A stretch of 64,000 bases of DNA from Candidatus Eiseniibacteriota bacterium (GTDB lineage Bacteria > Eisenbacteria > RBG-16-71-46 > CAVPCR01), in NCBI GenBank assembly GCA_963823555.1, contig CAWGMA010000002.1, positions 64,001-128,000 of the forward strand. Reading direction: 5' to 3'. A program made the position numbers and the translations under genes. The notes beneath the pieces are model-generated. The model saw nothing but the letters and a program-made list of their open reading frames with translations. It was not told the DNA's origin and searched no databases. Shown here piece by piece: positions 39,711-48,740 of the stretch (position 1 is its first letter; each line of letters begins with the position of its first letter).

Positions 39711-40972
39711 AGCGCCGCCGGGGTCACCAGCCCCTTCTTGAGCAGGTGACGCTCGTAGATGGCGTCGATCCGCGCCACCATGCGTTCCACCGGGAATTCG
39801 CGCTCGACTAGGGCGCGTCCCGTCGCGGCCATTCGCTGTCCAAGCCCGGGATCGTCCAGGAGATCGAGCACCCGCCGGGCAACCTGAGCGGAGTCGAGCG
39901 GGGGCACGAGAAACCCGGTCTGCCCGTCGGCGATCACTTCGGGGGCTCCATCGAGGGCGAAGGTCACCACGGGGCGTCCCACCGCCAGCGCTTGCGGCAG
40001 CACGCGCGCGATCCCCTCGCGCAGGGATGTGTGCACGACGATGTCCATGGCGGCGATCGCCGCCGGCACCTCGGCCGGGGGGAGCAATCCCGTGAAATGC
40101 ACGACGGGGGCCAGTCCCCGCTCACGGGCCTCGGCTTCCAGCTCCTGGCGCAGGATCCCGTTGCCGACGATCAGGAAATGCACCTCGGGGCGCGCGGCGT
40201 GGATGGCCGCGGCCGCCGCGAAGAACTGCGCGTGTCCCTTGAGCGGGAAGAGCCGCCCCACCTTGCCGATGACCGCGGCGTCGTCCGGAATGCCGAAGCG
40301 CCGGCGGAACGCCACGCGGTCGAAACGCTGATCCGCGTCGAGAAAGGGCTCGAGCTCCATCCCGCTGAAGACGGTCTCGTAGCGTCCGGGATGACCGATT
40401 CCGGCCGCCAGCGCGGCGCGCGCGGTGGTATCGCTCACCGTGATGAGCTGGTCGGCGAGCGGTTCGCAGGCGCGCTCGATAGCCACATAGAGACGGTTCA
40501 CATGGCGGCTCTGGTACTCGTGGAATGCCAGTCCATGCATGGTGTGGATGATGACCGGGGTGCCAGCGAGGCGAGCGGCGATGCGGCCGATGATCCCGGC
40601 CTTGGTGGCGTGGGTGTGCACGACGTGAAAGCGGCCGGCCCGGATGAAGCGGGTCAGCTCGATCAGCGCCCGGAGGTCCGTGAGCGGCTTGATGGGCCGG
40701 ACGAGATGCGGCGAGAAGACGATGTTGACGCCTTTCTCGTGGGCGACATCGTGCAGATTGCCTTCCGGGCCAAGATCGATCCCCGTGAGGAGAGTGACCT
40801 CGTAGCGCGGGTCGCGCATCTGCCCGAGCACGGTGTAGAGCGTGTTCTCCATCGCGCCGCCGATGATGAAGCGCGTGATGACATGGAGAACGCGGATCGG
40901 CTGGCCGTCTTGCGGCTCGGGGCGGACGCCGCCGGGGGGCGGACCCGGGCTCTCTTCGGCTGCGTGGCTCAT
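39707..40972 (-). CDS. GT4 family glycosyltransferase
   Basis: HVITRFIIGGA, HTHATKAG, GRLFPLKG, SLREGIARVLPQALA. Confidence 0.9.
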   Translation of the reverse strand: MSHAAEESPGPPPGGVRPEPQDGQPIRVLHVITRFIIGGAMENTLYTVLGQMRDPRYEVTLLTGIDLGPEGNLHDVAHEKGVNIVFSPHLVRPIKPLTDLRALIELTRFIRAGRFHVVHTHATKAGIIGRIAARLAGTPVIIHTMHGLAFHEYQSRHVNRLYVAIERACEPLADQLITVSDTTARAALAAGIGHPGRYETVFSGMELEPFLDADQRFDRVAFRRRFGIPDDAAVIGKVGRLFPLKGHAQFFAAAAAIHAARPEVHFLIVGNGILRQELEAEARERGLAPVVHFTGLLPPAEVPAAIAAMDIVVHTSLREGIARVLPQALAVGRPVVTFALDGAPEVIADGQTGFLVPPLDSAQVARRVLDLLDDPGLGQRMAATGRALVEREFPVERMVARIDAIYERHLLKKGLVTPAAL

Positions 40973-41361
40973 TCTCTTGAGGAGGGTGTTCTCTCGGCAG
41001 GCCAGGTGGTGCGGGCGAGCCAGGGGGTTCGCTCACGCGGCGGCAGGCGACGACTGCACTCTAGCGGAAGCCGGGAGTTCCGGGCAATCGAGCTGGACTC
41101 GGGCCAGGACAGCTTGGGAGCCCTGTCGAACCCCTGGGGCCCGGAAACTGACCACTCGCGGGGGGGTGATTGACCCCCGGCCGGCCCCCTGGTACCAACT
41201 CCAACAGGTTATCGAAACGAGAGATGTGGCGGCCTCCGGCCGGGTGCGGTCCCCGGCGGAAGAGAGCCCCGGCCCCAAGTCCCGAGTGCCTCCCCCGACC
41301 GCAGCGTTCTGGTCCCGGCCGGTCCGCCCCGTGGCGGCCCGGCGCGTTTTCCGCGGCCCCT

Positions 41362-42702
41362 ATGGGCAGCGAGATCCGGTTCGGCCCCCGAACCCCGTTC
41401 CGGATCGAGTTCCGGTCACAGCCCGACCGCGAAGGATCGCGGGCGAGGAGGACGTCCTTGACTGCTCCCGTTCATCCCGGCCCATCGCGACCGATCACGT
41501 TCCGCCCTCAGGGTCCCGTTCATGCCGGGAACGGGGGCCGCCCGGCGCCGCTACCGATCCAAGGGGCCGGCACGCCTCCAGGCGTCCCGGAGGAGCCGGA
41601 GACCGCGCTCAAGCCCCTCCGCCGGCAACCGGTGCTCCTGGCCAACGTCCGGAGGAAGCTCGGGCTCGTCCTCTCCTACATGCGGCAGCGACCGCTCTGG
41701 CTCACCTGGCAGGTCACCAATCGCTGCAACTTCGAGTGCTCGTTCTGCAACTACTGGAACGAGCCCTTCGACCTCGACGCTCAGCTCACTCCGGCCCAGT
41801 TCGCCGAGTCGGCCCGGAAGCTCTCTCGTATCGGCACCATGATGGTCTCGCTCGCCGGCGGCGAGCCGACCCTTCGCCGCGACCTCCCCGAGATCGTCGC
41901 CGCGGTCGGGCGCTGGCACTTTCCCTTCCTTACCACCAACGGCTGGGCGATCACCGAGAAGGTCGCTCGATCGCTGTGGGACGCGGGATTGTGGGGGGTG
42001 TCGATCTCGATCGACTACGCTACGGCTCATCGCCACGACGAGGAACGCGGGCGCGAAGGCGCCTTCAAGCACGCGGTCGAAGCGGTCGCGTTGCTCTCCC
42101 GGACTCGCACCAAACCCTATCAGCGCGTCAACATCAACGCCGTCCTCATGCAGGACAACCTCCACGAGATGGAAGGCCTGATCCGGATCGCGCGCGAGCA
42201 CAACGCGCTCTTCATGGTGCAGCCCTATGGCTTCCTGAAGACGGGTAGCCGCGACCCGATGCCGAAGGAGAGCATGTCGGCACATCTCCTCGAGCTCTCG
42301 CAGCGTTACGCCAACTTCAATTCCAATCCCGAATTCCTGCGAAGATTCGACGCCCACATCACCGAGGGGGTCGACGGCTGCCGGGCCGGGCGCAGCTTCT
42401 TCAACATCGATCAGTGGGGCAACATCTCCAAGTGCGTCGAGTACCGCGAGGACTCCCTCGGCCGCGTGCAGGACATGAGCGCCGAGGAGATCTGGCGCGT
42501 GCTCGCCCACGCCCACCGCACCAACGAGTGCACCGCCTGCTGGTACAACTGCCGCGGGGAGATCGAGTCCTTGTACACCCTCCGTGGCCTCAGGACCGGG
42601 TTGCCGAAGCTCTTCACCGTGCCGGGCGGGCACTGCGGCGGGCTCGGTGCCCCGGGGGCGGGGGCTTCTGAGGGCTTGTCGGCGATGCGCTCCGGCTCCT
42701 AG
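41362..42702 (+). CDS. Radical SAM enzyme with SPASM/twitch-like C-terminus (start uncertain)
   Basis: CNFECSFC, GGEP, TTNG, SISID; C..G...NID..G...KC and CTACWYNC. Confidence 0.85.
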   Translation: MGSEIRFGPRTPFRIEFRSQPDREGSRARRTSLTAPVHPGPSRPITFRPQGPVHAGNGGRPAPLPIQGAGTPPGVPEEPETALKPLRRQPVLLANVRRKLGLVLSYMRQRPLWLTWQVTNRCNFECSFCNYWNEPFDLDAQLTPAQFAESARKLSRIGTMMVSLAGGEPTLRRDLPEIVAAVGRWHFPFLTTNGWAITEKVARSLWDAGLWGVSISIDYATAHRHDEERGREGAFKHAVEAVALLSRTRTKPYQRVNINAVLMQDNLHEMEGLIRIAREHNALFMVQPYGFLKTGSRDPMPKESMSAHLLELSQRYANFNSNPEFLRRFDAHITEGVDGCRAGRSFFNIDQWGNISKCVEYREDSLGRVQDMSAEEIWRVLAHAHRTNECTACWYNCRGEIESLYTLRGLRTGLPKLFTVPGGHCGGLGAPGAGASEGLSAMRSGS

Positions 42703-42762
42703 AGTAGAGGTGATCAGAAACGCGGCGCCCACTGGGGGCGCCGCGGATCCCAAGGAGCCTCT

Positions 42763-43992
42763 GTGGAGCGCACGGTCCCGGCCGCCAGCACGTCCTCGCG
42801 ATCGTCCCGGCTCTGGGCATCGCGACGGCGGATCGCCCTCTTTGTCGCGCTCATCCTGTTCCTGGCCGTGATGTACCGCTTTCAGATCCTGCCGACCACG
42901 GCCGATGTCCTCCTCGACTACTTCCTCTACATGTCGGCGGCGACGACGTTCACGCCGTTGCCGACGCCTCCCGTCATCATTCATGCCGCGACCAAGGCGC
43001 CGGTCGCGCTGGTGGCCGTCGTCGGGGCGCTGGGGACGGTCGTCGCCTACCTCATCGAATACGCGGTTCTGGGGCGAGTGCTGGCGATCGACCGCCTGCG
43101 CGGCATCCGCGAGAATCGGATGTACCTGCGGCTCGCTTCGCTCTTCGACCGCCTGCCCTTCATCTCCCTGACCATCGCCGCCTTTCTACCCCTGCCGGTG
43201 GATGGTGTGCGCTTGATCGCCATTGCGCGCCGCTATGATCGATTTCGCTACGCGCTGGCCGCCTTCATCGGCCGCGTCCCGCGCTATGCCCTGATCGCCG
43301 GGCTGGGGTATGGCCTCCGCTTCGTGCTCCCGCTCGGTGCCGCCGCCGAGGAGCAACCTGCCCTCCCGGAGATGACAGCCGCGAGCACCGCGGACTCGCA
43401 TCTCGCGGCGAGCCTGACCCGACTCGATGCGGCGCTGGCCAAGCTCGAGGATGCCCACGGGCGTTTCCATCAGGAACGCTGGTCGCCGGCCTTTGCCGAT
43501 CCCGAACGGTCGAGCGGGGAGCTCTGGTTCCGCCGGCCGGGCGACCTGGTCCTTCGCTACCGCGAGCCCGAGTCCCAGGAGATGTACATCGATTCGGCCG
43601 GGGTCTGGATCTACCTCGTCAAGCAGAAGCAGGCGCAGCGGTATCCGTTCGAGAACGAAGCGCAGCGCGATGCCGCGCTGGCCGTGCTCTGGCAGCCTTC
43701 CACCGTGCTGAGTCGCCGCTACGATCTCGCGCGGAGTCCGACCCCGCCCGCCGGCGAGAAGGGAGGCGATTGGCTCCGTCTCACGCCGCATGACGAGAGG
43801 ATCGCCGAGGTCGTCACGGCGGTGCACCTGCGCCTGGCCGCCAAGACTGGACTCTCCGATTGCATCCTCGTCGAGCAGCAGGACGGGCAGCGGGCGCGGC
43901 TCGAGATCGACTCGATCGAGCGCAATCCGGGGTTGCCCGCCCACCGCTTTCGCTTCCAGCCCCCACCGGACGTCGAGGTCGTGCGCTTCTAG
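42763..43992 (+). CDS. DedA/VTT membrane domain fused to LolA-like carrier domain
   Basis: N-half PLP...GALG...AY...AAFLPLP...FIGRVPRY; C-half F.QE...SGELWFRRPG....Y.EP...VWIY...Q, NPGL...F.F.PP.DVEV. Confidence 0.75.
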   Translation: MERTVPAASTSSRSSRLWASRRRIALFVALILFLAVMYRFQILPTTADVLLDYFLYMSAATTFTPLPTPPVIIHAATKAPVALVAVVGALGTVVAYLIEYAVLGRVLAIDRLRGIRENRMYLRLASLFDRLPFISLTIAAFLPLPVDGVRLIAIARRYDRFRYALAAFIGRVPRYALIAGLGYGLRFVLPLGAAAEEQPALPEMTAASTADSHLAASLTRLDAALAKLEDAHGRFHQERWSPAFADPERSSGELWFRRPGDLVLRYREPESQEMYIDSAGVWIYLVKQKQAQRYPFENEAQRDAALAVLWQPSTVLSRRYDLARSPTPPAGEKGGDWLRLTPHDERIAEVVTAVHLRLAAKTGLSDCILVEQQDGQRARLEIDSIERNPGLPAHRFRFQPPPDVEVVRF

Positions 43993-44037
43993 CCGCACGG
44001 GATTCGGCTCGACCGCTCCTGCCGGCCGGGAGCCGGG

Positions 44038-44853
44038 TCAGGCGTCGGGGCCGAGGCTCCGGTAGAACTCGGGGCGGCGATCGGCGAGGACATCGTTGTG
44101 ATCGTTGATCCTCTTCCGTTGCGCCTCGCGCACGTCGATCTCGACGGCGAACTCCTCCTCCCGGTCGGATGAGGCCCGTCCCAGCACGCGCCCTTCGGGA
44201 TCGACGACCTGGCTCGTTCCCGTGAACTCCTCTCCGGCGCCATCGGGCCTCCGCTCGGTGCCGATGCGGTTGGCGGTCACGGCGAAGATTCGATTCTCGA
44301 TCGCGCGCGCGCGCATCACCTCCTGGCAGTAGGGCATGACCAGGTTCGCGGGATGGGCGATGACCTCGGCTCCGGCAAGCGCGAGCACCCTGGTCGCCTC
44401 GGGGAAGCGCCAGTCGAAGCAGATGATGACCCCCACGCGGAGGCCGGCGGCATCCAGCACCTCGAACGGGCGATCTCCCGGGGTGAACCAGCGCCTTTCA
44501 TCCTTGAAGAGGTGGATCTTGCGATAGACCCCGAGGAGTCCTCCCGGCGAGAAGACCGCGGCGCTGTTGAAGAAGCGATGGCCATCTCGCTCGCAGATGC
44601 CCGCCACCAGGGTCGTCTTTCGCTCGCGGGCCAGAGCCTGGAAGGTGCGGGAAGTCGTGCCCTCGGGTATCGTCTCGGCGAGACCCAGAACCTCTTGCCC
44701 ATCCCGGAACACGTAGCCCGAGTGACAGAGTTCCGGGAGCACGACGAGGTCCGCGTCGAGACGGCGCACCTGGGCGACCAGGCGTTCGCGGTTCCGCTCG
44801 GCGGCGCCGAACTCGGGATGGGACTGGACGAAACCGATCCGCTTGCCGGACAT
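44038..44853 (-). CDS. Nitrilase/carbon-nitrogen hydrolase family amidohydrolase
   Basis: Catalytic E (LPEL), K (YRKIHLF), C (ICFDWRFPE); AAAGGA RBS. Confidence 0.9.
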   Translation of the reverse strand: MSGKRIGFVQSHPEFGAAERNRERLVAQVRRLDADLVVLPELCHSGYVFRDGQEVLGLAETIPEGTTSRTFQALARERKTTLVAGICERDGHRFFNSAAVFSPGGLLGVYRKIHLFKDERRWFTPGDRPFEVLDAAGLRVGVIICFDWRFPEATRVLALAGAEVIAHPANLVMPYCQEVMRARAIENRIFAVTANRIGTERRPDGAGEEFTGTSQVVDPEGRVLGRASSDREEEFAVEIDVREAQRKRINDHNDVLADRRPEFYRSLGPDA

Positions 44854-44911
44854 GGACGGTCCTTTCTGGCTCGGCGGTGATATATCATACCCGCCGTTCC
44901 GGGAGGCCAGC

Positions 44912-45481
44912 ATGACGCATGATCCCCGTTCCAGTGATCCCCGTTCCAGTGAAGACTGGTCCGGCCCTTCCCCGCCTCACGCCACCGGGGAGTGGCCGAA
45001 GGCGGGCGCCGGATTCCCGACGGATCCCTATGCCCGCTTCCGGGCGCGAATGGTGGCCGCAGCGCGCGAGCTGGCGGGACCATGGGGCAAGGATGCCGCT
45101 GATCTCCTTCTCTTCGTTCCCGATTTGCTCATTCTCTTCGCCGGGATCGCCCGCGATTCCCGGGTGCCGCTGCGCCACAAGGCCGTGGCCACCGCCGTGA
45201 TGGCCTATGTCCTGTCCCCGGTGGATCTTCTCCCGGAGTTCCTGCTCGGCCCGCTGGGTTTTGCCGATGATCTGGTGATGGCGTTCATGGCTCTGGACCT
45301 CTTCCTCAACCGAGTCGACCCGGGTATCGTCCGGCAGCACTGGCGCGGGGAAGGGGACCTGCTCTCCTTCGCCCAGTCCGGTCTCCGGCGGGCGCGACTT
45401 CTGGTTCCGCCCCGACTCGACCGGCGCATCGCCCGATGGCTAGGAGAGAAGGAGCACCCCACCGCCCGACACGGCGGATGA
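44912..45481 (+). CDS. YkvA/DUF1232 family membrane protein
   Basis: D.RVP...K......AYVLSPVDLLPE...GPLG.ADD. Confidence 0.85.
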   Translation: MTHDPRSSDPRSSEDWSGPSPPHATGEWPKAGAGFPTDPYARFRARMVAAARELAGPWGKDAADLLLFVPDLLILFAGIARDSRVPLRHKAVATAVMAYVLSPVDLLPEFLLGPLGFADDLVMAFMALDLFLNRVDPGIVRQHWRGEGDLLSFAQSGLRRARLLVPPRLDRRIARWLGEKEHPTARHGG

Positions 45482-45512
45482 ACCCGGCCCGGGGCCGGAG
45501 CCAGCGAGGCTC

Positions 45513-45923
45513 ATGAAGATCGAGCTGAAATCGGAAGGCAAGCACGCCGTGGTCCTGGCCATCTCGGGGACGGTGGAAGGAGGCCCGGATGCTGAAGCCT
45601 TTCTTAAAGTTATCCACCAGCTCGTGGCCGAGGGGCGGCGGAACGTGCTCCTGGATCTGGCCGGGGTGAGCTGGATCAACTCCACCGGGCTCGGGGTCCT
45701 GATCGGGGGCCACGCTGCCCTCCGGCTGGTGGGGGGCACCATGAAGATCGTGCACCTGACCGAGCGGGTCGAGAGTCTCTTCGCTATCACCAAGCTACAT
45801 CTCATCTTCGATGTCTTCCGGGACGAGGTCGAGGCGCTGCGGAGCTTCCGCCCCGAAGCGCCGCCGCCAGATCCGGGTCCAAAGCCCCTGGAACGCCCGC
45901 CCGGGATCTATTCGGATGAGTAG
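45513..45923 (+). CDS. STAS-domain anti-sigma factor antagonist
   Basis: LLDLAGVSWINSTGLGVL with conserved Ser; F.ITKL..IF. Confidence 0.88.
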   Translation: MKIELKSEGKHAVVLAISGTVEGGPDAEAFLKVIHQLVAEGRRNVLLDLAGVSWINSTGLGVLIGGHAALRLVGGTMKIVHLTERVESLFAITKLHLIFDVFRDEVEALRSFRPEAPPPDPGPKPLERPPGIYSDE

Positions 45924-46305
45924 TATCGCCGCCCGCGTCCCGGTCACCTGGATGGGTCCAGAGACCCTCTTCCACACTGGCTTATCCGAAAGAGTTACCT
46001 TGACTTGGAGCGATCGGTCTGGTATCTTCTTCCCATGTGACGGGCATTCACCCCAGCGGTATCGGGTTCCCTGTCCGCCCTGTGGCTTCGTTCCGTGAGC
46101 AGTCTTCATTCACTGATCCGCATCCGGCGCACGGATACGGGGCCATTCGTTTCTACAGCGCATCGTTCGCCGAACGCCCGGCGGTACCCCTTGGTCACCG
46201 CGTCCGGAACCGCAGGGCCTCGGTGATGAGTTCATGATTCTCGGGTCGGCGCAGGTTTTTGCGACGATACGCGAGAGTCTGCCGTGACGCGGATGGAGGT
46301 CCTTC

Positions 46306-46992
46306 ATGAGGGGCATCACGGCTCTGGCCACCTTCGCCCTTCTTGTGGGGATGGTTGGGGTTTCGGTTGCGGAGCCCTATCTCCTGAACCTCTCGGGGAA
46401 CAACTTCTCCATCACCGAAGCCACGGCTATCGGTGGTGAGCTCGAGGTTGCCGCCCTTCTCTCACAGGTTCAGGACAACCCTCCGTTCCCACTGCCTGGC
46501 ATCCTTGACTGGAGCACCGAGTACACGGTGAGCATCCGCGAGCTGATCCTGGTCGATCCGCCCTCGAACCCGGTCAAGTCGTATTCCGGTGGCGTGATCG
46601 AACTGTGGTCGGACACGCCGCCCGACGCGCCCTGGACGCCGACCACGCCGGTTTCGAGCATTCCGGCGTACAACGCAACCCAGGTGCCGGCGACCCTGGT
46701 CGACGGCGCGGCGGTTCTCACCGGTGTCTTCACGCAGTTCGCGACGCTCTTCTTCGGCGGTCAGACCGGTTCGATCAGCGCAACGATCAACTGGACTGGC
46801 GGCTCGGAGTTCGCTGGACTGCAGGCGCTCGGCATCGAGAACGACTGGCACTGGAACGGCTGGTTCAACATTGGCGCACCGGTGCCTCCAGGCTATTTGC
46901 GCCTCTATGGTGGCAAGCTGGAGCGCGAGACTCCGGTGGCGGTTGAGCCCGCGACCTGGGGCGAGATCAAGAACCTCCTGCGGGCCCAATAG
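46306..46992 (+). CDS. Secreted beta-rich protein with C-terminal VEPATWGEIK tail (paralog 1)
   Basis: GGAGG RBS, signal peptide, shared motifs with next two genes. Confidence 0.8.
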   Translation: MRGITALATFALLVGMVGVSVAEPYLLNLSGNNFSITEATAIGGELEVAALLSQVQDNPPFPLPGILDWSTEYTVSIRELILVDPPSNPVKSYSGGVIELWSDTPPDAPWTPTTPVSSIPAYNATQVPATLVDGAAVLTGVFTQFATLFFGGQTGSISATINWTGGSEFAGLQALGIENDWHWNGWFNIGAPVPPGYLRLYGGKLERETPVAVEPATWGEIKNLLRAQ

Positions 46993-47104
46993 GCTGGCAG
47001 GTGTCGTTGCTTCGAAACTGACAGCGGCCGGTTCTCATTCCGGAGAATGGCTGCAGACCGGAAAAGAAACTGAAAAGCACAACTTTGGCACCGGAGGTGT
47101 CTCA

Positions 47105-47764
47105 ATGAAGCACGGCGCAGTGGCTCTCCTGGTTGGCTTGATCGCGTTGGCTCCTCTGGGGGCGAATGCGGCCAGCCTCATCGACTTCGTAGGGTACTCC
47201 TACGAGACGGGAGCCTTTCCTCCGTCCAATCCCGGTGATCAGCTGAACCTCGTCGCCACCGTCGACGGGTTGACCCTTCCGCTGTCCTGGGATCCTCTTG
47301 CCTACGAATACACGATGCACCTCAGCAACCTGGTCTCCCAGGGCGAGCAGCATCCCGACCCGAACAACATCGTCATCCAGTACACGGGCGGTGCGTTCGA
47401 TCTCTTCGAGGACAGCTCATTCAATGCCAGCGGGCCGGGCTCCTATGGAGTCAATCCGCCCAACGCGAACGTCCCGGCATTCTTCATCGATGGCACGCAC
47501 TACCTCGGCGGCGACCTGACTGCGTTCACGATCTTCTACAACACGCAGTTCAACTCGGGCGCTTTCGAGGCCAACGTCGCCTTCATGGACGGTGCCCATT
47601 ACGGTGAGCTCGGCCCCCAGACCACCGGCTATACCTTCGGCGGTGTCTTCATCTTCGGCACCCCCTCGGGGTATGACCTCCAGTGGGATGGCCAGATCCT
47701 GCTCGATCCGGTGGCGGTCGAAGCTTCGACCTGGGGCCATGTGAAGGGGATGTTCCAGCCCTAG
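47105..47764 (+). CDS. Secreted beta-rich protein with C-terminal VEASTWGHVK tail (paralog 2)
   Basis: GGAGGT RBS, signal peptide ending ANA. Confidence 0.8.
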   Translation: MKHGAVALLVGLIALAPLGANAASLIDFVGYSYETGAFPPSNPGDQLNLVATVDGLTLPLSWDPLAYEYTMHLSNLVSQGEQHPDPNNIVIQYTGGAFDLFEDSSFNASGPGSYGVNPPNANVPAFFIDGTHYLGGDLTAFTIFYNTQFNSGAFEANVAFMDGAHYGELGPQTTGYTFGGVFIFGTPSGYDLQWDGQILLDPVAVEASTWGHVKGMFQP

Positions 47765-47873
47765 GCTGGGTTGTCGGGCAGAGAAGCTCGAGTAGTCGGG
47801 AAGGCCGCCCCGGTAGGTTAGTTGAGCGACCCGAGGGCGCGCCAGCGCCTGCGCAGCAGTTGTGGTGCAGGAG

Positions 47874-48596
47874 ATGTTCAGAAAGATCACCGTTGTCATG
47901 CTTCTCCTGGTCGTCGTGGCAGGATCCACGCGAGCAGCAGAGGCGTGGTCAGGGGAGGGTGCGGGCGAGGCGATTCAGCAGTTCGACCACTGGGGCTTTT
48001 CCATTGCGCCGGAGCCCCAGCGGATCGGAGATGAGCTGGAGCTCGTCTGTGTTCTCAACCCGGTGACGACCTGGGTTCCCTTGCCCCTCGATTTCTCGGC
48101 CAACGAATATACCGTGCACGTTTACGGGCTCATCCTGAAGGAGCGGATCCAGGATGGGCCCTTTGTGCAGTCGACCTATTCGCAGGGCTTCGCCGACATC
48201 TACGCCGATCCTTCCTTCAACGCGCCCTTCACCCACAACACACCGGCACCCGATGTCCCGCCCCTCGATCCGGACCAGGTGCCGGCCAGCTTCACCGACG
48301 GCGAGCTGATCGTTCGGTTCACGGTCGGCGATGTGGTCACGATCTTCTATACGACCCCGGGAATCGGCACTGTCGCCTACACGAATTCGGACCTCCGCGT
48401 GATCGGCGGCTCGGCCCGGGATCTTCTCAACGAAGAGCACATGATCGTGGGCTGGCACATGGGGGGGGGATACACGGACGAGCCCGGCACCGTGCCTCAG
48501 GGCTACGGCTACCGCTACGACACGCTGTTCCGGTGGGAGAATCCGCTGCCTGTCGAACCCGCGACGTGGGGAGGAATCAAGTCGTCGTTCAAGTGA
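47874..48596 (+). CDS. Secreted beta-rich protein with C-terminal VEPATWGGIK tail (paralog 3)
   Basis: Signal peptide MFRKITVVMLLLVVVAGSTRA; start 47862 or 47874. Confidence 0.8.
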   Translation: MFRKITVVMLLLVVVAGSTRAAEAWSGEGAGEAIQQFDHWGFSIAPEPQRIGDELELVCVLNPVTTWVPLPLDFSANEYTVHVYGLILKERIQDGPFVQSTYSQGFADIYADPSFNAPFTHNTPAPDVPPLDPDQVPASFTDGELIVRFTVGDVVTIFYTTPGIGTVAYTNSDLRVIGGSARDLLNEEHMIVGWHMGGGYTDEPGTVPQGYGYRYDTLFRWENPLPVEPATWGGIKSSFK

Positions 48597-48740
48597 TGGC
48601 TCTCCGCTGACGCGGTGCGAGCCGGCCGCAAGAGACAAGCGCCGCTGCCAAAGGGAACGGCCCTGGAAAGTGAACCCGGGGCCGTTCGACGTTTCTGGGA
48701 GGGTCAGGAGCTGCCGCCGGAGCGTGGGCTCCCGGCCTCA

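Noticed and set aside
44921..44952. 15-bp tandem duplication GATCCCCGTTCCAGT x2
   Set aside because: In-frame (DPRSS x2) in a disordered N-terminus; two copies without spacers, so not CRISPR.
45924..46305. Lower-GC intergenic region as an ncRNA or tRNA
   Set aside because: No cloverleaf or known RNA motif recognised; more simply the promoter region of the TWG trio.
46246..47011. sigma54-like motifs before TWG paralogs 1 and 2 (CGGCGCAGGTTTTTGC, TGGCAGGTGTCGTTGC)
   Set aside because: Both have GG-N11-GC spacing, not the required N10. Worth rechecking after polishing.
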